From: an uncultured bacterium
GTDB taxonomy: Bacteria; T1Sed10-126
Length of the DNA stretch: 56,582 bases
Reading direction: 5' to 3'
NCBI GenBank assembly: GCA_964566495.1
Contig: CAZMIT010000001.1
Span: 1 to 56,582 of the forward strand
Shown: positions 27,268 to 36,641 of the stretch, in pieces
Numbering within the stretch: position 1 is the first letter of the stretch
Layout of the letters: each line of letters begins with the position of its first letter
Made by a program: the position numbers and the translations under genes
Notes under the pieces: model-generated
Seen by the model: the letters and a program-made list of their open reading frames with translations, nothing else
What the model was told of the DNA's origin: nothing
Database searches by the model: none

Positions 27268-28743
27268 TTAATGACTGAACAGGCGCCTGCCGGCAAAAAC
27301 AAGGCAAATTCCGTGCTGGTTGGCCGCCGCGATTACCTCCTCATCGCGAATTGAACCACCTGGAACAACGATAGCATCAATGCCGGCTTCTGCCGCCATC
27401 TCCACGTTATCAGGGAAAGGAAAAAAACCGTCGGAGGCAAGAACAAGCGGCCGTCCTTTGAACTCGGGATGATGCTCTCGCAGTTTTTGCGTCGCAAGCT
27501 TTACCGCATCCACCCGGCTCTGCTGGCCGGCGCCCACCCCCAGCGCCATGTCCCGCGTTCCTACTACCGCGGCATTGCTGGTCACGAACCGGACCAGCCG
27601 CCACATCTGTTTAAGCGCCTGCTCCCCGTCTTCTGTCGGAGAACGTTCACTCACCGGCTTCCAGTCCTTATAAATATCATCCCTTGCTTCAACTGACTGG
27701 TAAAGGAAAAGGTTGGCAAAACTTTTAAAATCTTCCCCTGTCTCAAAAATCTCCGGCGGCGCTTCGATGAGTCGCGGCCGCGTCTGATTTGCCAGCGCTT
27801 CAACCACTTCGTTCTCAAACCCGGGAGCGACAACCACTTCAATAAAATAATCCTCAATCTGCTCCAAGCATTCGGCGGTAAAGGTTCTGTTAAGGCCAAG
27901 CACCCCCCCATAGGCACTTTTAGGATCTCCGGCCCAGGCGGAATTAATTACCTCCTCAAGCCGTTCACCGGCCGCCCACCCGGTCGGATTGGTGTGTTTT
28001 ATCATGGTTGCCTCCGTCCGTTGATCTCCCAAGAGCCTAAAAGCAGCTCGCAGGTCGAGACAGTTGGTGTAAGAGAGCGCCTCGCCGGCAACTTGGTTGA
28101 ACGGTAATTTTGTCTCCGACTTACCGTAAAACGCCGCCGCCTGGTGGGGATTTTCCCCATAGCGCAGGTTGTCCAGACGGCGCGGCGCTACCGGCACCGC
28201 CGGTGAGTCGGAAGCGTCGAGACAGCCGGCAAATTCAGCGTCATAAGATAAGCACCGTCCAATAGCTTTTCTGGCCAGCCGCCGTCGTATTTCTTCGGAC
28301 GGCGGATAGTTTTCAATCAACAGTTCCGCCCCCGCCCGGTCGACTACCGGCAGAACCTGGCGATAATTCTTGGCCGCGGCTCGTAACATGCTCACACCGC
28401 CAATATCCACCTTCTTTAAGTTTACCTCCCCATCCTCGCAGTGAAACGGGGTTAAATCAACAGCCACCCCTTTTATGTTTAGTCGCTCCTCACCCTCCCC
28501 AAGCAGAGCCGTGTACAGGTCCGGATGCAGGGTCTTAACCTGGCCCTGCAGACGGGGGCTGAGCTTAAAGATATCTTCGATTGTTTCGCACTTAACCCCC
28601 CGCTTTCTGCACCAGTCGGCCGTTCCAGCCGTGGCAAGTAAATTAAACTCGCCCAGCCTGCTCAGGGCTTTTACAAAATCAGCGTAAGACTCTTTGTCAT
28701 ACAGGGATAGCAAAAAATAATCTTTTTTAGTCATAGCATCCAT
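27268..28743 (-). CDS. purH: Bifunctional AICAR formyltransferase / IMP cyclohydrolase
   Basis: The MGS-like N-domain reads 'LSLYDKE...LLATAGTA...GQVKTLHP'. The C-terminus 'GRRLFSH' is typical of PurH. The ORF is 491 aa. Confidence 0.85.
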   Translation of the reverse strand: MDAMTKKDYFLLSLYDKESYADFVKALSRLGEFNLLATAGTADWCRKRGVKCETIEDIFKLSPRLQGQVKTLHPDLYTALLGEGEERLNIKGVAVDLTPFHCEDGEVNLKKVDIGGVSMLRAAAKNYRQVLPVVDRAGAELLIENYPPSEEIRRRLARKAIGRCLSYDAEFAGCLDASDSPAVPVAPRRLDNLRYGENPHQAAAFYGKSETKLPFNQVAGEALSYTNCLDLRAAFRLLGDQRTEATMIKHTNPTGWAAGERLEEVINSAWAGDPKSAYGGVLGLNRTFTAECLEQIEDYFIEVVVAPGFENEVVEALANQTRPRLIEAPPEIFETGEDFKSFANLFLYQSVEARDDIYKDWKPVSERSPTEDGEQALKQMWRLVRFVTSNAAVVGTRDMALGVGAGQQSRVDAVKLATQKLREHHPEFKGRPLVLASDGFFPFPDNVEMAAEAGIDAIVVPGGSIRDEEVIAAANQHGICLVFAGRRLFSH

Positions 28744-29279
28744 TCTTCCTTTTCATTATAAATTGGTCCAGAATCAGTTAATTCGCTCTCGTATAAAATT
28801 AACCGGTCAAGACTAAACTCCGGCCTCTTCTCCGGCTCCTCACGCAGCCAGGCGTTAACCGCTTCCCGACAGCGTTTTGGTTCTTTCAAACGCATCAATG
28901 TCACGTGCGGAACGTAGTCGTGGTTCTCAGGCTCAAGTCCAACGTATTCTCCCACTGCCTCAGACGCTTCAAAAATTTTTTCCAGCGGCTTCCGGGGCTT
29001 TATCCCCGCCCAGATAACACGCGGAAAAGATGGATTGGGGAAGGCACCATATCCGCCTATTTTTGCCTCAAGCGGCCCCGGTGTCGGCAGACGTCTCTGC
29101 AAGCCGGAAGTAAGCTGCCGCCGCTGCTCTTGCGTGATATCGCCAAGGAACTTAACGGTGACGTGAAAATTTTCCGGTGCTACCGGCTTGGTCTCCGGCA
29201 AATCCAGCAATTCAGACTGCCTGGCCGCCAAAAAATCACGCACCGGCTCTGCTATCGGAAAACCTAAAAAAGCTCGCAT
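28731..29279 (-). CDS. thpR: RNA 2',3'-cyclic phosphodiesterase (2H phosphoesterase, ThpR/LigT family)
   Basis: Two HxT motifs are present, 'HVTVKFLG' and 'HVTLMRL'. The ORF is 182 aa. Confidence 0.8.
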   Translation of the reverse strand: MRAFLGFPIAEPVRDFLAARQSELLDLPETKPVAPENFHVTVKFLGDITQEQRRQLTSGLQRRLPTPGPLEAKIGGYGAFPNPSFPRVIWAGIKPRKPLEKIFEASEAVGEYVGLEPENHDYVPHVTLMRLKEPKRCREAVNAWLREEPEKRPEFSLDRLILYESELTDSGPIYNEKEEWML

Positions 29280-29300
29280 AAATTAAAACTCCTTGTACCT

Positions 29301-29362
29301 GTTTAGCGTCTCCCTTAATCCCCTCTCCCCCACTGGGGGAGAAAAAATGGAAGACGCTAAAC
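29301..29362. repeat. CCCCC-N-GGGGG family hairpin element with 11-bp outer stem
   Basis: The outer arms are 'gtttagcgtct' (29301-29311) and 'agacgctaaac' (29352-29362). The inner hairpin is 'tcccccactggggga'. Related cores occur at 9612-9634, 21008-21045, 23657-23692 and 35601-35632. Confidence 0.65.
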
Positions 29363-29421
29363 AAGTAAAACTCCTTTTAGTTTTGCTATGTTTGAAAGGA
29401 TTGTTGTCATGCTTCAAATGC

Positions 29422-29527
29422 CGTCATTGCCAATAGGCCACCGTGTCCGAACTTGATCCGGGGATCAAGCCGGCAATATAACACCACCGATCGTCATTGC
29501 CCGGCTTGACCGGGCAATCCAGTGACC
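29422..29527 (+). repeat. Composite REP-like palindromic element, copy 2
   Basis: It is alignable with 9327-9431. It contains a nested hairpin 'cttgatcc gg ggatcaag' and the perfect hairpin 'attgcccgg cttga ccgggcaat'. Confidence 0.75.
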
Positions 29528-29727
29528 TTAATTTTGACTTTCGACTCGCTCCTCGCGCACTAAAACCAGCGCCAAGCGCTTCGTCCCTTGCGCTCGAGCG
29601 CCGGGGATATCAACAAATTAACAACACTTCAGTTGTCGTCTGACCGATAACCGGGTAAAATAGTGTGCAATTATTGAACTTAATTAAAATCTCTTCCAGC
29701 AATAATTTTAATAAAGGAGATGTCATT

Positions 29728-30288
29728 ATGTTAGAGTTTCTCAAGAAAAAAAAGAAATATCTAAAAGAACCGTGGCGCTTGCGAGTTCACCTCGCTTACC
29801 TGCTAATTATCAGTTTTGCGCTCTCCGCGACTGATCCTCGCTCCCCTTACTACTGGATTGGCACCGGCTTGATTTTTGTTGGTGTGGCTATCCGCGCCTG
29901 GGCCTCGGGTATAATAAAGAAGGACAATGAGCTTGCCACCGACGGACCTTATTCCCTCTGTCGCAACCCGCTTTACGTGGGGAATTTTCTGATCGGTTAC
30001 GGTTTTTGTTTCATTAATTCCCATCCACTAAGCTACCTGGCAATTACTGCTTACTTTTTACTTATCTATCCCTTCACTATTAAAAAAGAAGAACAAAAAT
30101 TACAAAGATTCTTTGGCCAGAGCTTCACCAATTATCGAGCCAGCGTTCGCCGGTTTATACCCCGGCTTACCCCATACTCGCGTCTTGGTGGCTGGAGTCT
30201 GAGACAGTACCTGATCGACAACAAGGATTTTCTTAACGAGGGCGCCGTCCTGCTGCTCTGGATTTACACAGCCTACCATTTCTTTTAA
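29728..30288 (+). CDS. Isoprenylcysteine carboxyl / phospholipid methyltransferase-family membrane protein
   Basis: 'GPYSLCRNPLYVGNFL' is the family motif. The protein is polytopic. ATG 29728 is preceded by AAAGGAGA; the ORF track opens at 29665. Confidence 0.75.
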   Translation: MLEFLKKKKKYLKEPWRLRVHLAYLLIISFALSATDPRSPYYWIGTGLIFVGVAIRAWASGIIKKDNELATDGPYSLCRNPLYVGNFLIGYGFCFINSHPLSYLAITAYFLLIYPFTIKKEEQKLQRFFGQSFTNYRASVRRFIPRLTPYSRLGGWSLRQYLIDNKDFLNEGAVLLLWIYTAYHFF

Positions 30289-30297
30289 TTCGGCGAG

Positions 30298-30774
30298 TTA
30301 TTGAGCTAATTTAGTGGCCAGCTCAACGACTCGTTCGCCCAGCTGTTCACACTGCTGTCGCACCCGGCTGTCAGGTTCGCCAACGGAGACGGGGCCGTAG
30401 TGGTCACCGTCGTAAATTCCCGGCACAACCATCCCATGAATCAAAAAGGCGTGGATTAAATCAAGTGCGGTTGTTTCGTTACCGCCGCCGACATGAGCCG
30501 AAGAGGCGAAAGCGGCTCCTACACGTCCGCTTAGCTGACCGTGTAATTGAACGCTTTCATCAATCAGCTCCTTGACTTCGGCAGCCATAGAACCGTAGTA
30601 AGTGGGGGAACCTACGATTATCGCGTCGTAATCAGTCAGTTCAGAAGCGTCAATTTTATCAACGCTCGCCAGTCTTACTTGCCCCCCCGCTTCCTCACCA
30701 CCCTCTGCAACATGTTCTGCCATTCTTTCTGTGTTGCCTGTGCGCGAGTAATAGGTAACTAACACGGAACTCAT
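30298..30774 (-). CDS. Flavodoxin-like fold FMN protein (WrbA/flavodoxin family)
   Basis: 'VLVTYYSRTGNTERMAE' is the FMN phosphate-binding loop. The ORF is 158 aa. Confidence 0.75.
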   Translation of the reverse strand: MSSVLVTYYSRTGNTERMAEHVAEGGEEAGGQVRLASVDKIDASELTDYDAIIVGSPTYYGSMAAEVKELIDESVQLHGQLSGRVGAAFASSAHVGGGNETTALDLIHAFLIHGMVVPGIYDGDHYGPVSVGEPDSRVRQQCEQLGERVVELATKLAQ

Positions 30775-31364
30775 TAATAATCACCCGGTTTTAAAATTAT
30801 TTCATCAAGTGATCGCTTTGGCACATGATGCACATCGTCTTGATCTCGATAATATTTTACTTTTTCCTCACCCCCCTCGTCAATCACGACTTCTTCCGCC
30901 GGCTTCCCCAGAGCAATAACAAATTGAATCTCATAACGTTCGCTCAACGCCAGTTGTGAGCGCAGCGACTCTTTGTCCAGAGCTCCAATAATACAGCCGC
31001 CAAGTCCTCTTTCTGTGGCTCCAAGCAGAATCGATTGCGCGGCTATACCAGCGTCGTACTCAAAACTTTCGGCAATTTCGTTGTCTCCAAGCACCACTAT
31101 ATAAGCCGTTGGTCGCTCGGCCGGGGCCGGTTCCGTCCACTGTTCAATATAACCGGCCCAGGCAAGAGTTGGAAAAATTTTCTGGTTCTCCTCCTCGGTA
31201 GAAGAAAGGATATATTTTAATGGCTGTCGGTTGGCAGCGCTTGGAGAAAGCCGGGCCAGGTCGACTAATTCCTCCAGAGTGGGTAGAGAAACTTTATGAC
31301 CAGAGTCAAAACGACGATAGCTGCGCGTCTTCCGAACAAGTTCATTAACCTCCATTGGAACCAC
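30774..31364 (-). CDS. Nitroreductase-family protein
   Basis: It has the 'TRSYRRF' N-terminal motif, 'SPSAANRQP' and 'GGCIIGA'. The ORF is 196 aa. Confidence 0.8.
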   Translation of the reverse strand: MVPMEVNELVRKTRSYRRFDSGHKVSLPTLEELVDLARLSPSAANRQPLKYILSSTEEENQKIFPTLAWAGYIEQWTEPAPAERPTAYIVVLGDNEIAESFEYDAGIAAQSILLGATERGLGGCIIGALDKESLRSQLALSERYEIQFVIALGKPAEEVVIDEGGEEKVKYYRDQDDVHHVPKRSLDEIILKPGDY

Positions 31365-31373
31365 CTCAGATAA

Positions 31374-33515
31374 TTATACCGGTATTTTTGAAACTTTCGA
31401 GCAAAAACGATGCAGCCGACTGAGCCCGCCCAGCTTCACCTCACGGCGGTCAACATATTCTCCGGCAGGGCAGTCAAGAAACTGGCTGGGCTGGCGCCAC
31501 TTCCAACTTCCCATAATTTTGCGGCGCCAGGCGAAGGTTAAAACTACCTCCTTCCGGGCGCGACTGTAAGCCAGATAGAATAGCCGTTTTTCAATCTCAA
31601 GCTTGTTCGAATCAGGACGTTTGCCGAACGGATAAAGGGGCCAGGTCCCTTCTTCAAGCATGGCAATAATGACCACGTCAAACTCTCGTCCGCAGAGCAA
31701 TCGAGGTGTAGCAACAACTACTGCCTCTTCCTTGTCGACATTAGCCTCCCCAACCTCGCGAGCTCGAATTGAGTCCAGTAACTCTTTCAGAGCCGTAAAG
31801 CTTATAACATCTTTCACTCCAGGTAAAGCCTCCAACCGCTGGTGCATTTTACGTGCCTGGCGTAATAGACTTTTGTCTCGCGCCAGATTCATCTTTTCTT
31901 TTATCAATTCCAGTAATTTTAGCAGGGAAATATTCTCCCCTGAACTAATCAAGTTCTCCACAAATTCTCTCAAGTTATGTAAAAATTGCTTGCCGGTCGC
32001 GCTCTTAACGGGAAATCTCCCCGCCTGGAAAACTTCTTCAACCAAACGACCGGCGGCAGCAAAATTTCTGAGCCCCTCAGAAATTTCCGTCGGATGAAAT
32101 ATACGCAACAGTCGTAAAATATAAAAATCCGCCGAATTCCCCCGCTGCTGACCGGATTGGCTGAGTGCTACTGTCAAGCGAATTATCGACTCAACTATTC
32201 TCGGGACCTCCCGCGACCAAAAATTCATATTTTGTAATATAACCGAGCGACAGGACTTCCTGGCCAGTTGTTCCTTAATTACCATCTGCCGGTTATTCAA
32301 GCGGCTTACAACAGCTATGTCGGCGGGTTCTACCCCTTCATCTAAATACTTTATAACCTTGTGAGCTATGAACTTTTGCTCCTCATCGGCATTGATAGCT
32401 TCAAAAACTGCCGGCGCGGAGCCATATGCCAGGCCAGATTTGTCGCTCAAATTTGCCGGTTTTAACTCGGGATATTGATCTTTTTTAGTGTTCCCTTTAG
32501 CTTCCAGAACATCCATCAGGGCCGCCCAGAGCAGAGTTTTTAAGCGGTAATTTTTAGTCAGTGTCATTACACGCGATTCTGGAAAATAGAGCCGGAATTG
32601 TTCTCGACCATTAAAATCAACAGATTCCTCGTTGCCCCGGATCGTCAGCGGATCACCTGAAGCAAATATACGCTTGTCCGCTGACTCAAACTGGGTGAGT
32701 AAATTAAACTGCAGGGGCGTTAAACTTTGAAAGTCATCAACAAAGACTATCGAATAATCGGTCAAAAACTGCTTGCCTAACTGTGGGTGCCGCCGGAACA
32801 GGTCGATAGAAACAAACAAAAGATCGGCGTAATCAAGGGCGTTACGTTTTCTTTTTAAGCGCCAGTATTTCCTATAAAAAGTAACAACGTCCTGTTCTTT
32901 TCCGGCCGCATTTTTTTGTAACGACTCGGAGGGAATCATCAGCTGACGACGATATTTGCCAGCCTGTCTGTAATAATATTCCGCTTTTTCTGACTTTAGC
33001 CCGCCCGCTGATGTTTCACAGACTAATCGCCACAAGTCGCGGGCCTCGCTACCGCTCAGCAGGTAGAAGTTGTCATCATACGACGAATCAAACTGTTTTA
33101 GAAGTATCTCACCCCGGTAAGTCTCCGTTAATAATTGCAAGCAAAAAGCGTGAAAACTGTAAATTTTATGCGTCGGCGGACTAAAATTAAATTTACGAGC
33201 AACCGATTGACTAAATTTTTGGCGGCGCCGGCGAAGGTTGGCCGCCGTCTCCGCGGACGGTGCCAAAATAAGTAACTCTTCTCCAGGCGCTTGCAACAGT
33301 TCGGAGAGAAAAATGGCTCGTATGAGCAATTCCGTCTTCCCCACACCTGCCATACCCTGCAGGTAAATTGAGTTGTCATCTTTGAAATAGTTTTGGAGTA
33401 TTAAGCGCTGCCGATTATTTAACTCCGGGGGGGTATCAAGGTAAGCTTTCGCTTGAGCACGCTTGGCTGGCCGTAAATGCTGAAAATTTTTCTCGACAGG
33501 GGAATTCCCTGGCAA
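31374..33515 (-). CDS. UvrD/Rep/PcrA-like superfamily-1 helicase (divergent)
   Basis: The Walker A motif is 'GMAGVGKTE'. The Walker B-like motif is 'IVFVDDFQSL' (canonical DEFQD). It also has 'LTKNYRL' and the C-terminal 'GREFDVVII...EKRLFYLAYSRARKEVVL...PSQFL'. Confidence 0.7.
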   Translation of the reverse strand: MPGNSPVEKNFQHLRPAKRAQAKAYLDTPPELNNRQRLILQNYFKDDNSIYLQGMAGVGKTELLIRAIFLSELLQAPGEELLILAPSAETAANLRRRRQKFSQSVARKFNFSPPTHKIYSFHAFCLQLLTETYRGEILLKQFDSSYDDNFYLLSGSEARDLWRLVCETSAGGLKSEKAEYYYRQAGKYRRQLMIPSESLQKNAAGKEQDVVTFYRKYWRLKRKRNALDYADLLFVSIDLFRRHPQLGKQFLTDYSIVFVDDFQSLTPLQFNLLTQFESADKRIFASGDPLTIRGNEESVDFNGREQFRLYFPESRVMTLTKNYRLKTLLWAALMDVLEAKGNTKKDQYPELKPANLSDKSGLAYGSAPAVFEAINADEEQKFIAHKVIKYLDEGVEPADIAVVSRLNNRQMVIKEQLARKSCRSVILQNMNFWSREVPRIVESIIRLTVALSQSGQQRGNSADFYILRLLRIFHPTEISEGLRNFAAAGRLVEEVFQAGRFPVKSATGKQFLHNLREFVENLISSGENISLLKLLELIKEKMNLARDKSLLRQARKMHQRLEALPGVKDVISFTALKELLDSIRAREVGEANVDKEEAVVVATPRLLCGREFDVVIIAMLEEGTWPLYPFGKRPDSNKLEIEKRLFYLAYSRARKEVVLTFAWRRKIMGSWKWRQPSQFLDCPAGEYVDRREVKLGGLSRLHRFCSKVSKIPV

Positions 33516-33611
33516 GATTAACTTCCCGTGTAAACCATGGTTAAAAGCCGGGGAGCTGCCGGTATAAAAAGTACATAACTGTTCAAGCGGATATAATCTC
33601 TTCCTCGAACT

Positions 33612-33656
33612 TTAAAAAAGGCGCCCTTACCCCGCCAGAACCAGCGGAGTAAGGGC
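33612..33656 (-). terminator. Rho-independent terminator after the 212-aa comEA-like gene
   Basis: On the minus strand, GCCCTTACTCCGC-TGGTTCTG-GCGGGGTAAGGGC forms a 13-bp stem with one G-U pair. It is followed by GCC TTTTTT. Confidence 0.55.
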
Positions 33657-33720
33657 ATTTTCATCAAACTTTTCCCATCAACTACCGCATCTCAGCGACA
33701 AGATGGATTCTTACCAACGG

Positions 33721-34359
33721 TTACTCGACAGTAGCCTCAGGACGAATGTTGTCCAACGTGGCCGGACCAATACCGCTCACGTTAGCAAGGTCGTCGACAG
33801 ACTCAAAATCACCGTGTTCTTCCCGGTAACTTATGATGTCATCCGCTGTGGCGGGACCAACGCGATGTAATTCCGTTAACTCGTCAGCGGAAGCAGTGTT
33901 GATGTTGATAAGATCTGCTTCGTCAACATCGACTTCTTCCTCTTCTTCCTCAACGCCGCGAATTGTATCAAGCGTCGCCGGTCCAATCCCACTAACATCT
34001 GTCAACTCATCAACACTGGAAAAAGGCCCGTGCTGGTCACGATAAGCAATAATGTTTCCGGCTGTCGCGGGACCCACACCGTCGAGAGCGGTCAACTCAG
34101 ACTCTGTCGCAGTGTTTAAATCAATTCCCTGGACGAGAACTTCCTCGGCCTCTACCTCGGGTTCCGGTTCGGGAGCTTCCACCGGGTCAGGTTCCGGGGC
34201 CGGTTCCGGTTCTTCTGGCACTTCCGGAGCCTCCGGGGCTACCGGTTCTTCCGCCGGTGCGGGCGGTTCTGCCGGGTCAGGTTCTTCCGGTTCCTCGGGT
34301 CCACAACCCAGCGTAAACACCAGGGCCAGGGCAGTTAAACAAACAACAAAATACTTCAC
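33721..34359 (-). CDS. comEA: ComEA-like lipoprotein with two tandem helix-hairpin-helix DNA-binding domains
   Basis: It has a lipobox ('FTLGCG') and a Pro/Glu-rich linker. Two ComEA units are present, 'IDLNTATESELTALDGVGPATAGNIIAYRDQHGPFSSVDELTDVSGIGPATL' and 'ININTASADELTELHRVGPATADDIISYREEHGDFESVDDLANVSGIGPATL'. Confidence 0.8.
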   Translation of the reverse strand: MKYFVVCLTALALVFTLGCGPEEPEEPDPAEPPAPAEEPVAPEAPEVPEEPEPAPEPDPVEAPEPEPEVEAEEVLVQGIDLNTATESELTALDGVGPATAGNIIAYRDQHGPFSSVDELTDVSGIGPATLDTIRGVEEEEEEVDVDEADLININTASADELTELHRVGPATADDIISYREEHGDFESVDDLANVSGIGPATLDNIRPEATVE

Positions 34360-34502
34360 TACTATCCCTCCTTAAAAATTAATTAAACTTAAAGTTTTAA
34401 AAATTCACTGCATGCCTCTAAAAGCTACAAGTTCACTACCATTAATACTATATAATCATTTTAGACGGCGCAAGTCAAGGCAAATTTCAGACATATCAAA
34501 AA

Positions 34503-35552
34503 TTATGGACCCAGGAAAGGAAAAGGGTCCGTCTCAACTCTTATTGATTCCCCGTCAGTAAATAAGATTACATGACCGAGCTGATCAGTGCGGAAAATTT
34601 CTCGCACTCCCCTGTTTTCAAGATTTGAAACTACTTCAGGGGACGGAAGCTCGTCGTCCGGGCCTGCTTCTGAGGTAGAAATCAAGGCATAGTCCGGCTG
34701 AACATATTCCAAAAAGGCCTCCGCCGTCGAATCTTCTGAACCGTGATCAGCCACCTTCAGAACATCGGCCGATAACCTATTGCCCCATCGATATGTTAGT
34801 GATTCCTCCTTATCTTCTGGTAGATCACCGGGAAAAAGAAAACTAACCTCGCCAAATTTAACGTAAAGTACGTGGCTGGCCGCCTCCGGGTGACGCTGTT
34901 CGGGATCACCATAAATTACCTCCGCTTTCACAGAAGCACCAAAGTCCAGCTCTGCACGATCTTGCAGCTCACGCCTGGTAACTCCCTGTTGTTCAGCAAG
35001 CTCAACAAGCCTCTGGTAAGCGTTAAAATGTGGTTCGTAACCAGTTAAATAAATTTTCCCGACATCTACTCCACCTGCCTCCAGCAGATCCGGCTGAACA
35101 CCCAGGTGGTGACTGTAAGGTACAAGATTCAACATTTTATCAATTTTTTTCAGACCTATCCGGGAAAAGAAAGGTAGATATAAACGCGGTGCCCAGTTAT
35201 AGGCTCGAACTCCACGTTCAGCCGGGTCGGCTCCCTCCCCCCCGTCAATCAGGACTGTTTTGTTGTCGGGGGCCTGGAGTAAAAATCCATCACCATAGCC
35301 AACGTCAAACATTACCACTGCAAATTCTTCCGGTTCGCGGCCGGGGATAGTGCCGTCCCCCAGAATTTTTACTCCATCGGCAAACTGATCCACTCCAAGC
35401 AGAAAATCAACATAAGCAGGGGCGGCGTAATACCAGAGTCCCGCTGCCAGAGCCAGCAGAACAAATATTATGACCCAGCCTAACAGAGAGGGCTCCTCAA
35501 CTACTTCTTCTGGATCAACTTCCTCTTCAAAATCTGAAAATCTCCGGCCCAT
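34503..35552 (-). CDS. Membrane-anchored ComEC-type metallo-beta-lactamase-fold protein (stand-alone)
   Basis: There is an N-terminal TM segment. 'VVMFDVGYGDGFLLQAPDNKTVLIDGGEG', 'FLFPGDL' and 'LKVADHGSEDS' parallel the ComEC C-terminal domain, but the HxHxDH position reads 'PYSHHLG'. Confidence 0.7.
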   Translation of the reverse strand: MGRRFSDFEEEVDPEEVVEEPSLLGWVIIFVLLALAAGLWYYAAPAYVDFLLGVDQFADGVKILGDGTIPGREPEEFAVVMFDVGYGDGFLLQAPDNKTVLIDGGEGADPAERGVRAYNWAPRLYLPFFSRIGLKKIDKMLNLVPYSHHLGVQPDLLEAGGVDVGKIYLTGYEPHFNAYQRLVELAEQQGVTRRELQDRAELDFGASVKAEVIYGDPEQRHPEAASHVLYVKFGEVSFLFPGDLPEDKEESLTYRWGNRLSADVLKVADHGSEDSTAEAFLEYVQPDYALISTSEAGPDDELPSPEVVSNLENRGVREIFRTDQLGHVILFTDGESIRVETDPFPFLGP

Positions 35553-35584
35553 CTTTTCGCCTGCCTTCCCTGATAGAAAAATTG

Positions 35585-35721
35585 TAACTACTCACCTTAT
35601 CCCCCCCTTAACGGGGGGAAAACAAAGGGGGGTGAAAAACGGTTTTTAAGACCTTTTTGCCCCTCACCCCCGAATCAAGTCCGGGGCAGGCTCTGACCGA
35701 GAGGGGATAGATGAGTAGTTA
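35585..35721. repeat. MITE-like element of about 137 nt with imperfect terminal inverted repeats
   Basis: The termini are 'taactactcaccttatcccc' (35585-35604) and 'ggggatagatgagtagtta' (35703-35721). Internally there is a 'ccccccc ttaac gggggg' hairpin and a 'cccctcacccc' motif. Confidence 0.55.
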
Positions 35722-35728
35722 TGAAAAA

Positions 35729-36607
35729 TTAATGAACAACAGCCATTTCACGTATTTCCTCCAGCGTAACCGGCCCGATACCGGAAATATTTTTCAATTC
35801 CTCCAGGTTATCAAATCCACCACGTTCCTCCCTGTATTCAACAATTTCAGCAGCACGCACGGGGCCCACCCGGGGTAATTTTACTAAATCCTGCTGACTG
35901 GCCGAATTAATATTAATTCGGTCGGGCTCGCTGACCGCCGGCGCAGCGGGAGCTGTCGCTTCGTCGAGGCGGACGTAATCTTCCATTTGCTGAATAGTTG
36001 CCGGCCCCAGGCCGTCAATATTTTGTAACTCTTCCAGGCTTGCAATCCCCCCCTGTCGCTCCCGGTAGCTAATTATCTCCTGCGCCGTCACCTCTCCAAC
36101 CCGGGGCAATTCCTTCAATTTATCAATATCCGCTTCATTTATATCTATCTCCGGCCCTGCCTCCTCCTGCGGTAAATCTGCGACAACCACGTCAGGTCCG
36201 ACGGTTGCTTCCGGTCGAATGTTTTCAACCGTCGAGGGTCCGATACCGCTTATTTCCTTCAAATCATCGATAGTCCTGAACTGGTTACCGGCCTCCCTGT
36301 ATTCCAGTATACTCTTTGCCGTCGCCGGACCTACCTGGGGGAGCTGCTGTAGTTCCTCAAAAGAAGCAGCGTTGACGTCAATCTTCCAGTCGAGTTCAAT
36401 CCGCTGTTTCTCGGACTCTGAAGTGACATAAAGATTTAGTTCTGTTTCGGGAAGTTTGTTCAGTTTGGGGGAAGGCAACTCTCGATCTTCTTCGCCGCTT
36501 ACTTCATCCGCGTGGTAAGTCTCATAGCGCATCGACACACCCGGTAGGGCAATAATACACAAAAAAACCAGCGCTAAGACAAAAAACAGCTGATCCTTAT
36601 TCACCAC
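35729..36607 (-). CDS. comEA: ComEA-like membrane-anchored protein with three tandem helix-hairpin-helix domains
   Basis: There is an N-terminal TM segment. Three units of the form 'N.A...(E/D)L..LP.VGP..A..I..YRE..G.F....(E/D)L..I.G(I/L)GP.T' are present. Confidence 0.8.
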   Translation of the reverse strand: MVNKDQLFFVLALVFLCIIALPGVSMRYETYHADEVSGEEDRELPSPKLNKLPETELNLYVTSESEKQRIELDWKIDVNAASFEELQQLPQVGPATAKSILEYREAGNQFRTIDDLKEISGIGPSTVENIRPEATVGPDVVVADLPQEEAGPEIDINEADIDKLKELPRVGEVTAQEIISYRERQGGIASLEELQNIDGLGPATIQQMEDYVRLDEATAPAAPAVSEPDRININSASQQDLVKLPRVGPVRAAEIVEYREERGGFDNLEELKNISGIGPVTLEEIREMAVVH

Positions 36608-36641
36608 AAACTCCTCCCCTGCTATAGGTTAGAGCCGCGGT

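Noticed and set aside
34052-34375. A 107-aa Gly/Ser-rich plus-strand ORF.
   Set aside because: It lies antisense to the Pro/Glu-rich linker of the comEA lipoprotein. It is a compositional artefact.
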